DNA from: an uncultured Klebsiella sp.
GTDB lineage: Bacteria > Verrucomicrobiota > Verrucomicrobiia > Opitutales > UBA953
DNA: 64,000 nt
NCBI GenBank assembly: GCA_964643215.1
Contig: CAZXSI010000001.1
Location: 23,029-87,028 of the forward strand
Direction: 5' to 3'
Shown: piece by piece, positions 10,536-19,097 of the stretch
How the letters are laid out: each line of letters begins with the position of its first letter
How positions within the stretch are numbered: the first letter of the stretch is position 1
Notes under the pieces: generated by a model
Databases searched by the model: none
The model's input: the letters and a program-made list of their open reading frames with translations, nothing else
Told to the model about the DNA's origin: nothing
Translations under genes and position numbers: made by a program

Positions 10536-11878
10536 GCCGGCGGGCGCTCGGATTCCGGCTCGGGCAGGCCGCGGACGACCCAGATCGCGGGAAGCATCAG
10601 CAGCGCGCCGCCGACGTAGACCCAGAAATGGGAACCGAAGTGGAAATACAGCAGCGCCGCGGTGACCGGTCCGATGACCCGCGCGAGGGAACCGGCGGAA
10701 CGCAGGATGCCGAGGTTGCGGCCCTGCTCGGAGGCGTCGGAGTAGAGCGAGACCAAGGCCGACACGCTCGGCAGGATGAGGCCCGTCGCGAAGGCGATCA
10801 GCCCGAGGCCGAGGTAGAAGGTCGTCTCGGCGCCGTCGCCGGCGACGGCGAGCGTCGGCGGGATCAGCGCCACCACGACGAAGGCGACCGCCGCGATGGC
10901 CATGCCGAGCATGGCGACCTTCCGCTGGCCCAGGCGCTTCACGAGCCGGCGGGCGAGGCCTTGCGCGAAGATCATGCAGGCCCCGTTGAAGAGGAAGAGC
11001 CAGGCGTTGTCGCGCGGGCTGTAGGCGAAAAGCGCGAGCGTCAGGAAGACGATGGTGTTCTCCATGCCGGTGAAGGCCACCTGGTAGACGAGGTTGGCGA
11101 AGGAGGTCCGCCGGACGGCGGAGGAACGGACCGTGGCGAGGTCGAAGACCGAAGGTCGCTTGGCGTCGGCGCCGGCGCGACGCTCCGGGGCGAGCGTCTC
11201 GGGGAAGAACCTCACGACGAGGACGAAGTTGAGCAAGGCCAGCGACGCCGCGATGGCGGCCGGCACGGAGAACGGATTGAGGCCGAAGGAGCCGACGACC
11301 GGGCCGTGGGCGAATTGCAGCGAAGAGGCGAGGCCGCCGATGACGGGACCGAACACGAACCCGAGCCCGATGGCGATGCCCACCACCGCCATGCCCTTCG
11401 TGCGCTCCTTCTCGTCGGTGATGTCCGCGGCGGCGGCGCTGGCGACGGCGATGTTGCCGGCCATCATCCCCGAGACGAGGCGGGTGAGCACGACGACCCA
11501 GAACTGGGCGGCGAAGATCCACAGCAGGTAGGAGAGCGCGTTGCCGGCCAAGGTGACCGTGAGGACGCGGCGGCGGCCGATCCGATCCGAGAGCGCGCCC
11601 CAGACGGGCGAGAAGACGAACTGCAGCAAGGAGTACAGCGTGCTCAGCAGGCCGCCGAAGAGCACTGTCTTCTTGAAGACCGTGTCGCCGCCCATCCACT
11701 CGGCGGCCGCGTTCAGCGCGCCGATCAGCGTGCCGACCGCGCCCTCATGCTTGATGTAATACTCCAGCAGATGGGGGAACAGCGGGATGATGATGCTGAA
11801 GCCCACGATATCCATGAACACCGTCAGGAAGATGAGCCCGAGGGTGCGGCGCTGGGCGGTGGCGGCTGGGGCGGACAT
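10532..11878 (-). CDS. MFS transporter (TCR/Tet-like drug:H+ antiporter family)
   Basis: The protein is multi-TM throughout and has the MFS motif GALSDRIGRRRVL. The start could be the ATG at 11878 or the one at 11938. Confidence 0.8.
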   Translation of the reverse strand: MSAPAATAQRRTLGLIFLTVFMDIVGFSIIIPLFPHLLEYYIKHEGAVGTLIGALNAAAEWMGGDTVFKKTVLFGGLLSTLYSLLQFVFSPVWGALSDRIGRRRVLTVTLAGNALSYLLWIFAAQFWVVVLTRLVSGMMAGNIAVASAAAADITDEKERTKGMAVVGIAIGLGFVFGPVIGGLASSLQFAHGPVVGSFGLNPFSVPAAIAASLALLNFVLVVRFFPETLAPERRAGADAKRPSVFDLATVRSSAVRRTSFANLVYQVAFTGMENTIVFLTLALFAYSPRDNAWLFLFNGACMIFAQGLARRLVKRLGQRKVAMLGMAIAAVAFVVVALIPPTLAVAGDGAETTFYLGLGLIAFATGLILPSVSALVSLYSDASEQGRNLGILRSAGSLARVIGPVTAALLYFHFGSHFWVYVGGALLMLPAIWVVRGLPEPESERPPA

Positions 11879-11961
11879 GGGCGACACGATGGGGTCATTG
11901 CCGTCCGCCGCAAACAAAACAGCGGCTTGCGAAAACAAGCCGCCCGACCGAACATGGGACC

Positions 11962-12960
11962 ATGCGCCTCTCCGCCCTCCTCGTCCTGATGCTCGGCTTC
12001 GCCGACGTCCGGTCGGCCACCGACCCGAAGCTGCTCGTCATCGAGCAGAAGCTCGGGGGCTTCGCGGACCAGGACTATGCCGCCGCGGTCGAACGCACCC
12101 TCGGCGAATTCGAAAGCCGCACCGGCGTCGGCCTCCGTCCGGGCGACCTCCGGCGCTGCGGCCTCAAGCTGTCTTCCGAAGGCGGCGCGGGCCTGGCCAC
12201 GCCGAAGCCGCTGGTCCGCGCCGTCTCCGCCGCCCTGATGCGGCGCGGCTTCGCCCGGGAGGCCGTCGTGATCTGCGACGCCAAGGCCGAGAGCCTCCGC
12301 CAGGCGGGCTTCCTGCCCGCGCTCTCGACGCAGAGCCAGACGTTCGAAGGATTCCCCGTCGCCGCCTGGGACAGGTTCGCGCCCGACTGGGCCAAGGAAA
12401 ACCAGCTGCGCTACGAGAACCAGGTCCTGCCCCGCCCGGGCGCCCAGGACGTGCCCTGGGGCGACGCGCGCGTGAGCGTGCTTCCCAAGACGCTCATCGA
12501 CGAGGTCGATTTCTGGATCAACCTGCCCGTGCTCAGCGACAGCAAGGCGCTCGGCGTGCACGGCGCCATGGCCGCCGCGTCCCTCGGCAACATGGCCAAC
12601 TCCGAGCGCTTCCTCGACAATCCCTTCAACGCCTCCAAGGCCGCGGTCGAAGTCTGCGCGATCCCCAAGCTCGCGAAACGCAACGTCCTCACCGTGCTTT
12701 CGCTCGAACGCTACCAGGTGCTCGGCGGTCCCGGCTTCGACGCGAGCTGGAGCCGTTCCGAGAAGACGCTGCTGAGCAGCGCCAACCCGGTGATCATCGA
12801 TTTCATCGGCCTGCAGAAGATCAACGCGGGCCGCGCCGCCAGCGGCATCGAGGCGATCCACCCGGAGCCGCCGATCTTCGCCGCCGCCAACGCGGGCGAG
12901 ATCCGGCTGGGCACCTGCCGGCCGGCCGACATCACCCTGGTCCGCCTGCCGGCGCCTTAG
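11962..12960 (+). CDS. Secreted DUF362-like protein
   Basis: 332 aa with a signal peptide. The layout resembles DUF362: CGLKLSSEGGAGLATPKPLVRAVSAALMRRGF...VVICD, then FWINLPVLSDSKALGVHGA, then LLSSANPVIIDFIGLQKIN. This is a pattern match by eye only. Confidence 0.5.
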   Translation: MRLSALLVLMLGFADVRSATDPKLLVIEQKLGGFADQDYAAAVERTLGEFESRTGVGLRPGDLRRCGLKLSSEGGAGLATPKPLVRAVSAALMRRGFAREAVVICDAKAESLRQAGFLPALSTQSQTFEGFPVAAWDRFAPDWAKENQLRYENQVLPRPGAQDVPWGDARVSVLPKTLIDEVDFWINLPVLSDSKALGVHGAMAAASLGNMANSERFLDNPFNASKAAVEVCAIPKLAKRNVLTVLSLERYQVLGGPGFDASWSRSEKTLLSSANPVIIDFIGLQKINAGRAASGIEAIHPEPPIFAAANAGEIRLGTCRPADITLVRLPAP

Positions 12961-14300
12961 GCCGCCAGCCGACGCAGGTTGTCCGCCCCGGCGCGGAAAG
13001 CGGCGAGCTGGAACCGACGGTAGACCGGCAGCCCGCACCAGACGAACCAGCGGCTGGGACGCACGTGATACGAGACGGTCAGGACGAGCGTTTCGCCCTC
13101 GCGCTTCACTTCGGCCCGCCAGACGCCACGGCCATAGTGCCGACGCGTGGTGACGTAACCCAGCGCGACCCTTTCGTCGCCGGCCTCCACGACGTCGACC
13201 TCGACGATCGCGGGCAGCAGCAGGGCCGGCAGGCCGGGCAGATTCGGGACGAACAAGCCGAGGCCCAGCCGATCGCCGATGCGCACCGCGCGGCCTTCGT
13301 CTTCGAACTGGGTCCGCCGAACCATGACGGAAGCGGGATAGAAGCGGTAACCGAGCAGGGCTGCCTTCACCCGCGCGAAGGCCTCCGGCGACCAGGCGCC
13401 GACCGCGACGCGATGCGTATCGGCGAAGACCGCGGTCTCGCGGCCGCCGGCCTCGACGGGCGTAGCAAGGTCGGGCGCCGGTGCGGCGACGTCGTCGAAC
13501 GCCGGGGCCTGAGCCGCGAGCAGCAACGCGCCGAGCAGGTTGAGCGAGCCATGCACCGACGCCATCTGCGGGATGGTGAGATAATCCCAGCCGAAGGCAT
13601 GCGCGGCGGTGTAGCCGACGCCGAGCAGGATGCCGGGGACGAGGCAGACGTAAGGCCACGGTCCGCGCCGGACGGGCATGAACGCCGCCCAGAGCAGGAA
13701 GCCCGCGGCGAAGACCACGGCGGCCGCGACTTCGACGGCTCCCGGTCGCAGGGGATCGGTCCGCAGGGCGAAGCATAACGCGGTGGCCGGAGCGCCGACC
13801 ACATAGAGCCACAGGCCGAGGTCGCGCCAACGGCAGCGCGCGACGGGACGTTCGCTGGCCGCCATCGCCAAGGGCAGGACGCCGAAGGTGATGGCGAAGT
13901 GCACCGTGGTCAGCGTCGCCAAAGGATCGGGGAACCCGGCGAAGGTCCGATCATGGCGCGACCAGATCCAGGCCGCCGCGGCGACCAACGGCCCGGTGGC
14001 GGACAGCATCTCGAGAAAGCGACGCGGAGGCGGCGCGAGGTCGTCGGCCAGGAAGCGGCGTAAGCCGTGCGCCCAGAGCCAAAGCGCGAAGAGGAACGCC
14101 GGCGCGGAGGCCAAGGCCATGAAGGGCCCGGGCTCGCCGGAGAAGACATAGGCCAGAATCCAGACCCACAGGCCAGCCCGAGCGAACCGGTTCAACCACG
14201 GCGGGAACCCGCGGTCGAGATGCTGCGCCCAGACCAGCGCCTGCCAGAAGCAGAGCGCCGCGATGATCGTGAACCAATCGACGGCAGCGAGGCGGTCCAT
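12957..14300 (-). CDS. Polytopic membrane domain (YndJ-like?) fused to a C-terminal DUF1990/UPF0548-like domain
   Basis: 447 aa. The N-terminal roughly 270 aa contain many hydrophobic helices. The C-terminal ...ALGYVTTRRHYGRGVWRAEVKREGETLVLTVSYHVRPSRWFVWCGLPVYRRFQLAAFRAGADNL matches the DUF1990 pattern (GY/FxTLxGHxxxGEExF...SRPxxW...). Confidence 0.5.
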   Translation of the reverse strand: MDRLAAVDWFTIIAALCFWQALVWAQHLDRGFPPWLNRFARAGLWVWILAYVFSGEPGPFMALASAPAFLFALWLWAHGLRRFLADDLAPPPRRFLEMLSATGPLVAAAAWIWSRHDRTFAGFPDPLATLTTVHFAITFGVLPLAMAASERPVARCRWRDLGLWLYVVGAPATALCFALRTDPLRPGAVEVAAAVVFAAGFLLWAAFMPVRRGPWPYVCLVPGILLGVGYTAAHAFGWDYLTIPQMASVHGSLNLLGALLLAAQAPAFDDVAAPAPDLATPVEAGGRETAVFADTHRVAVGAWSPEAFARVKAALLGYRFYPASVMVRRTQFEDEGRAVRIGDRLGLGLFVPNLPGLPALLLPAIVEVDVVEAGDERVALGYVTTRRHYGRGVWRAEVKREGETLVLTVSYHVRPSRWFVWCGLPVYRRFQLAAFRAGADNLRRLAA

Positions 14301-14320
14301 GCGATCAGCCTAGGGGCGCA

Positions 14321-14352
14321 GAAAAGGCGGTCAAGGGAGGTCCCTTGCCGCC
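14321..14352 (-). terminator. Rho-independent terminator after mdh
   Basis: On the minus strand: GGCGGCAAGGGA-CC-TCCCTTGACCGCC (one bulge) followed by TTTTC. Confidence 0.5.
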
Positions 14353-14373
14353 TGACGCCTCATAAGGCCGGCT

Positions 14374-15375
14374 TCAGAGCTTCAAGCCGAGGGCTTCGGA
14401 AGCCGTCGCGCGCTCTTCGAGCAGCTCCTTCTCGGTGATCGCGATCTTCTCCTTGGAGAAGGCGTCGAGCGGCAGGCCCTGCACGATCTCCCAGGAGCCG
14501 TCGGCCTTGGTGCGGAGCGGGTACCCGAACATGATGCCCGGGGCGATGCCGTAGTCGCCCTTGGAGAGGACGGCGACGGAATGCCAGTCACCCGCCGGCG
14601 TCGGGAAGTGGAGACTGCGCAAGGTGTCGAGGGCGGCGTTGGCGGCGGAGGCGGCCGAAGAGGCGCCCCGGGCCTTGATGACGGCGGCACCGCGCTTCTG
14701 CACGTCGGGGACGAAGGTCTCCTTGAGCCAGGCGTGGTCCGTGATGACCTGCGTGGCCGGCTTGCCGCCGATGGTGGCGTTGGTGAAGTCGGGATACTGC
14801 GTCGAGGAGTGGTTGCCCCAGATGGCGACGTTCTTCACGACGGAGTTATGCGCGCCGGCCTTGCCCGCGAGCTGGGACTTGGCGCGGTTCTCGTCGAGAC
14901 GGGTCATCGCGAAGAAATTCTCGGCCGGCAGGCTGCCGGCGGAACGCAGGGCGATGAGGGCGTTCGTGTTGCACGGATTGCCGACGACGAGGACCTTGAC
15001 GGACTTCTTGGCGTTGCGCGCGATGGCTTCGCCCTGGCCGATGAAGATCTTGCCGTTGATGCCGAGGAGGTCCTTGCGCTCCATGCCGTCCTTGCGAGGC
15101 ACGGCGCCGATGAGCAGGCACCAGTCGGCGTCCTTGAAGCCTTCGTTGAGGTCGCCGGTGGCGACGACGTCGGTGAGCAAGGGGAAGGCGCAGTCCTGGA
15201 GCTCCATCACGACGCCGGCGAGGGCGTTGAGGCCGGGACCGACTTCGATCAGGTTGAGGGCCACGGGCTGGTCGGGGCCGAAGACGGCGCCGGAAGCCAG
15301 GCGGAAGATGGCGGCGTAACCGATGTTGCCGGCGGCGCCGGTGACCGCGACGCGAATGGGGGACTTGGAAGCCAT
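14374..15375 (-). CDS. mdh: NAD-dependent malate dehydrogenase
   Basis: 333 aa. [29 protein letters not shown]...[12 protein letters not shown]...[11 protein letters not shown] is the classic MDH (Thermus/cytosolic-type) pattern. Confidence 0.95.
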   Translation of the reverse strand: MASKSPIRVAVTGAAGNIGYAAIFRLASGAVFGPDQPVALNLIEVGPGLNALAGVVMELQDCAFPLLTDVVATGDLNEGFKDADWCLLIGAVPRKDGMERKDLLGINGKIFIGQGEAIARNAKKSVKVLVVGNPCNTNALIALRSAGSLPAENFFAMTRLDENRAKSQLAGKAGAHNSVVKNVAIWGNHSSTQYPDFTNATIGGKPATQVITDHAWLKETFVPDVQKRGAAVIKARGASSAASAANAALDTLRSLHFPTPAGDWHSVAVLSKGDYGIAPGIMFGYPLRTKADGSWEIVQGLPLDAFSKEKIAITEKELLEERATASEALGLKL

Positions 15376-15423
15376 AGAGGGACGCCTATCTAGTTAGCCT
15401 CACCCCTCGGAGTGAAGCGGAAA

Positions 15424-16104
15424 CTATAGCCCGAGCTCGCCTTGCATCAGGTCATCGGCGGCCGGAGCCGACACGCTGTCCCGGACCAGCTGGGACAGCG
15501 GGGCGGACGAACGCCCCTCCAGCCCGCAGAGGGCCCGCAGCACCAAGGCCGCCGCCAACGCATCGTACAACGCACAGTGGTATCGGCGCCGGTTCGGGGG
15601 GCAGTGCTCCGCCGCCAACGCCTCGAGGCGCGGCGCCAGGCGGAGCACCGCCACCAGGGACGAGAGGCGGAAGTCTCCCAAGGTCGGGGCCCAGGCGCGG
15701 GCGAGGCGGCAGGTGTCGATCCAAGGGCCCCATTCGGCGACGGAGGCTTCCTCGCCGACGAACGAGGGGACGGCCGACGGACGCGACCAGGTGCCGCGCA
15801 GCAGGCCCGATTCGACGGCGGCGTTATGCGCGGCCAGCAGGCCGGTGCGGCGAAGCGAGACCCAACGGTCCCACTCGGACTCGAAAGGCGGCAGGCCCCT
15901 GAGGTCCCGGGCCCCCAGTCCATGGCACTGCGTGTCGATCGCCGGGACGGGCGCGCGGGGGGCATGCAGGGCCGTCGCGGCGGCGACGACTTCGCCGCCG
16001 AGCAAGGTGGCCACGCCGAACTCGACGACGCCGGTCCGCGCGCTGCCTTCGAAATCGATGACATGGACGGGGACCGAGGTCCAGGGTGCGGAGGAAACGC
16101 TCAT
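15424..16104 (-). CDS. DnaQ-like 3'-5' exonuclease (DEDDh family)
   Basis: Exo I IDFEGS, Exo II-like LLAAHNAAVESGLL, and Exo III YHCALYDALAAA (H-x4-D). Confidence 0.65.
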   Translation of the reverse strand: MSVSSAPWTSVPVHVIDFEGSARTGVVEFGVATLLGGEVVAAATALHAPRAPVPAIDTQCHGLGARDLRGLPPFESEWDRWVSLRRTGLLAAHNAAVESGLLRGTWSRPSAVPSFVGEEASVAEWGPWIDTCRLARAWAPTLGDFRLSSLVAVLRLAPRLEALAAEHCPPNRRRYHCALYDALAAALVLRALCGLEGRSSAPLSQLVRDSVSAPAADDLMQGELGL

Positions 16105-16108
16105 GCGG

Positions 16109-18640
16109 TCAGCGCCATTCGTGCTTGGGGTAACGTCCGCGCAGCTCCTTCTTCACGCCCTCATAGGAACCTTTCCAGAAGGCGTCGAGGTCGGTGGTGC
16201 GCTGCTGCGTGCGACGGGCGGGCGACTGGATGCAGATGACCATCGGCACCTTGCCGAGGCAGACGCGCAGCTTGCTGCCCGGGAAGTCATAGAGTTCCTG
16301 CACCGTCGCCTCGACCTCCGCCTGTCCGTCGGCGGTGTACTCGATGCGGGCGGGATGCTTCTTGCGCGGCAGGACGATCTTCTCCGGGCAATAGGACTCG
16401 AGCGCCATCGCCTGCTCGTGCGTCAGCCAGCCGCGGACCACGCCGAAGACGGGCCGGTCGCGGATATCGCGATAGGCGACGGCCCCGGCGCAGACTTCTT
16501 CGATCACCATGCGCCGGGCGGCCTCGTCGAAGACCGGGATGCCGAGCTCGGGGCAGTGCTTCGCCAGGAAGTTCACGCGCCGGATCCAGGCGTCCACCTG
16601 ACCATCCCACTTCTCGAGCTCGAGCCGGCCGGCGGCGACCTCCTCGGCGAGGATGCGGCTGGCGGCGTCGGACGGCGCATCGTCGCGCTCCTTGGCCTCG
16701 AGCACGAGGTCGCGGAAGCGTCGCTCGACGCGGGTGACGACCCTCCGCTGCGACGCGTCGTAGCGGACCTGATTCACCGTCGAGAATTCGGCCGGGAAGA
16801 GTTCCTGCAACCAGGCCTCCTCGACGGCGGTCGCCAAAGAGAGATAGGTCGTCACGCCGCCGCGGGCCTGGATCTCGTCGACTTCCGCCGCGACCAGGAG
16901 CTTCGCGTTGCGGATGGAGGATTCGCGGCGCAGTTCGCCGGTCCGGCCGTGCACCAAGGCGCAACGCAAGGTCCCGGCGTCGAGCCGGACGGCGAGGCGG
17001 TCCGAAAAACCGAGCAGCAGGCACCGGCGGACGGCGGCGGGATCGGCGACCCGGTCGCTGACCGGCAACCCCTGCCCTTCCGCGAGGCGCAGGAACTGGC
17101 GGGCGGCCTGGTCGGCCTGGCGCGCGGCCTGGCCGTGCACGCCGAAGCGATCGCACGCGTCGGCGTCGAACTTCAGGTCGGCCGCGCGCTGCAGCAACGC
17201 GAGCCGGGGGAAGAAATCCGAGCCGTCTTCCTGCTCGACGGAGTCGCGGGCGTTCTCGGTACGGTCGTCGACCTTGCGGAAAAGGATGTCGCGGCCCTGG
17301 GCCAGCCCGGCGATGCGGCAGACTTCGTAGACGCAGTCGAGCTCGCCCGCGGCGAGCAGCATGCGCGCGTACCGCGGATGGGCCGGGAAGACCGCCATGC
17401 GTCTGCCGAGGGGCGTGAGCTTGCCTTGCGCGTCGACGGCGCCGAGGTCGGCCAGGACGGCCAGCGCGCGCTGCAGCGCCTTGTCGTCCGGCTTCTCGTA
17501 CCAAGGGAAGGTCGCGGCCTCGCCCCAGCCGGAAGACAGCAGGAGCAGGATCGTCTCGGAGAGGTCGACGCGCTTGATCTCCGGGACCTCGCGGAGCGGA
17601 CGGGCCTCGTGGTCGGTCTGCGACCAAAGGCGGATGCACCGGCCCGGGCCCGTTCGGCCCGCGCGGCCGGCACGCTGCTCGGCGGAAGCCTGCGAGACCG
17701 GCTCGACCAACAAGGTGTCGATGCCGCGATGCGGGTCGAAGCGGGCGATGCGGGCGAGGCCGGCGTCGACCACCGCGCGGACGCCCGGGATGGTCAGCGA
17801 CGTCTCGGCGACATTGGTCGCCACGATCACCTTGCGGCCGGGGCTCGGCTTGACGGCGCGGTCCTGCTCTTCCGGCGGCAGCTCGCCGTAGAGCGGCAGG
17901 ACGTCGACGCCGCCGGACTCGGGAAGATTCCGCACCGCGCCGATGGTGCGCATGATCTCGTAGGAACCCGGCATGAAGACCAGGATGTCGCCTTCGCTTT
18001 CCTCGCGGAGCACGCGCCGCACCTGTTCCGCCGCGGCGTCCCAGATCGGCCGGGTCGAGTTGCGCGGCAGATGCGTGTACTCGATCTGCACGGGATAGGC
18101 ACGCCCGTCGGCGGCCAAGGTCTCGGCCGAGCCGAGCCACTTCGCCACGCCCTCGGTATCGAGGGTCGCGGACATCGCCATGATCAGGAGGTCGGGGCGA
18201 TGGGTCTCCTGCAGGCGACGGGCGAGGGCCAAGGCCACGTCCGAGTGCAGGTTGCGTTCATGGAACTCGTCGAAGACCACCGCGCCCACGCCTTTGAGTT
18301 CGGGGTCCGAAGCCATCTGACGTAGCAGCAGGGCCTCCGTCACGAACTTGATCCGGGTCTGGGCGGACTCGACGCGTTCGAAGCGGATCTGGTAGCCCAC
18401 TTCGCCGCCGAGCCGGACCTCGCGTTCCTGCGCGATGCGCGCGGCCAGCAGGCGGGCGGCGATACGGCGGGGCTGGAGGACGACGATCTGGCCCTGCACG
18501 AGATCCAGGTCGAGGAGCATCTGCGGGATGCGCGTCGACTTGCCGGAGCCCGTCGGCGCCCGGAGCACCAGCCGGCGCACGCGTCCGCAGGCGGCGACCA
18601 AGCCGTCCCGGAGGGCGTCGATAGGCAGGGGTTGCTTCAT
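16109..18640 (-). CDS. hrpB: ATP-dependent DEAH-box helicase HrpB
   Basis: 843 aa. Motifs are APTGSGKST, DEFHER, SATL, TNVAETSLTIPGV and QRAGRAGR, plus an HrpB-type C-terminal domain. Confidence 0.9.
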   Translation of the reverse strand: MKQPLPIDALRDGLVAACGRVRRLVLRAPTGSGKSTRIPQMLLDLDLVQGQIVVLQPRRIAARLLAARIAQEREVRLGGEVGYQIRFERVESAQTRIKFVTEALLLRQMASDPELKGVGAVVFDEFHERNLHSDVALALARRLQETHRPDLLIMAMSATLDTEGVAKWLGSAETLAADGRAYPVQIEYTHLPRNSTRPIWDAAAEQVRRVLREESEGDILVFMPGSYEIMRTIGAVRNLPESGGVDVLPLYGELPPEEQDRAVKPSPGRKVIVATNVAETSLTIPGVRAVVDAGLARIARFDPHRGIDTLLVEPVSQASAEQRAGRAGRTGPGRCIRLWSQTDHEARPLREVPEIKRVDLSETILLLLSSGWGEAATFPWYEKPDDKALQRALAVLADLGAVDAQGKLTPLGRRMAVFPAHPRYARMLLAAGELDCVYEVCRIAGLAQGRDILFRKVDDRTENARDSVEQEDGSDFFPRLALLQRAADLKFDADACDRFGVHGQAARQADQAARQFLRLAEGQGLPVSDRVADPAAVRRCLLLGFSDRLAVRLDAGTLRCALVHGRTGELRRESSIRNAKLLVAAEVDEIQARGGVTTYLSLATAVEEAWLQELFPAEFSTVNQVRYDASQRRVVTRVERRFRDLVLEAKERDDAPSDAASRILAEEVAAGRLELEKWDGQVDAWIRRVNFLAKHCPELGIPVFDEAARRMVIEEVCAGAVAYRDIRDRPVFGVVRGWLTHEQAMALESYCPEKIVLPRKKHPARIEYTADGQAEVEATVQELYDFPGSKLRVCLGKVPMVICIQSPARRTQQRTTDLDAFWKGSYEGVKKELRGRYPKHEWR

Positions 18641-19095
18641 GTCACGTCGAGGGCGATGAGCCGGGCGGTCGCCCTGCCCGCCCGCACCGTAATCCGCGCG
18701 ACCGTCACGGGAAGGTTAAAGCGACGGGGGCCGGCGCTGCCCGGGTTGAGCCGGAGCACGGCGCCGTCTTGCGCGATCTTCGGGACATGCGTGTGGCCGG
18801 TGATCACGATGTCCGGCCGGAACGCGGCCTCATCGACGGGCAGGTGGCCATGATGCACCAGGACGCGAAGGCCGGCGACGACCTGCAGGGAGGTCGGCGG
18901 CAAGGCCTCGTCGTCGTCGCAGTTGCCGGCGACCGCGTGGCACGGGGCGAGCTCGGCGAGCTGCGGCACGATCGACGGACCGCAGACGTCGCCCGCGTGG
19001 AAGATCACGTCGCAACCCTCCAGCGCGATGAGGGCCTCGGCGCGAAGCCGCCCGTGCGTGTCGGAGATGACGCCGATTTCGGTCGACGGCTCCAC
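18637..19095 (-). CDS. YfcE/MJ0936-family metallophosphoesterase
   Basis: 152 aa with IGVISDTHGRL, FHAGDV, GNCD and GHTH motifs. It overlaps the hrpB start by 4 nt. Confidence 0.8.
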   Translation of the reverse strand: MEPSTEIGVISDTHGRLRAEALIALEGCDVIFHAGDVCGPSIVPQLAELAPCHAVAGNCDDDEALPPTSLQVVAGLRVLVHHGHLPVDEAAFRPDIVITGHTHVPKIAQDGAVLRLNPGSAGPRRFNLPVTVARITVRAGRATARLIALDVT

Positions 19096-19097
19096 GG

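Noticed and set aside
9414-11699. A 761-aa minus-strand ORF spanning hemY and the MFS gene, plus the 663- and 668-aa ORFs at 11787-13830.
   Set aside because: They cross the boundaries of well-supported genes on both strands, and their R/G/P-rich translations are artefactual.
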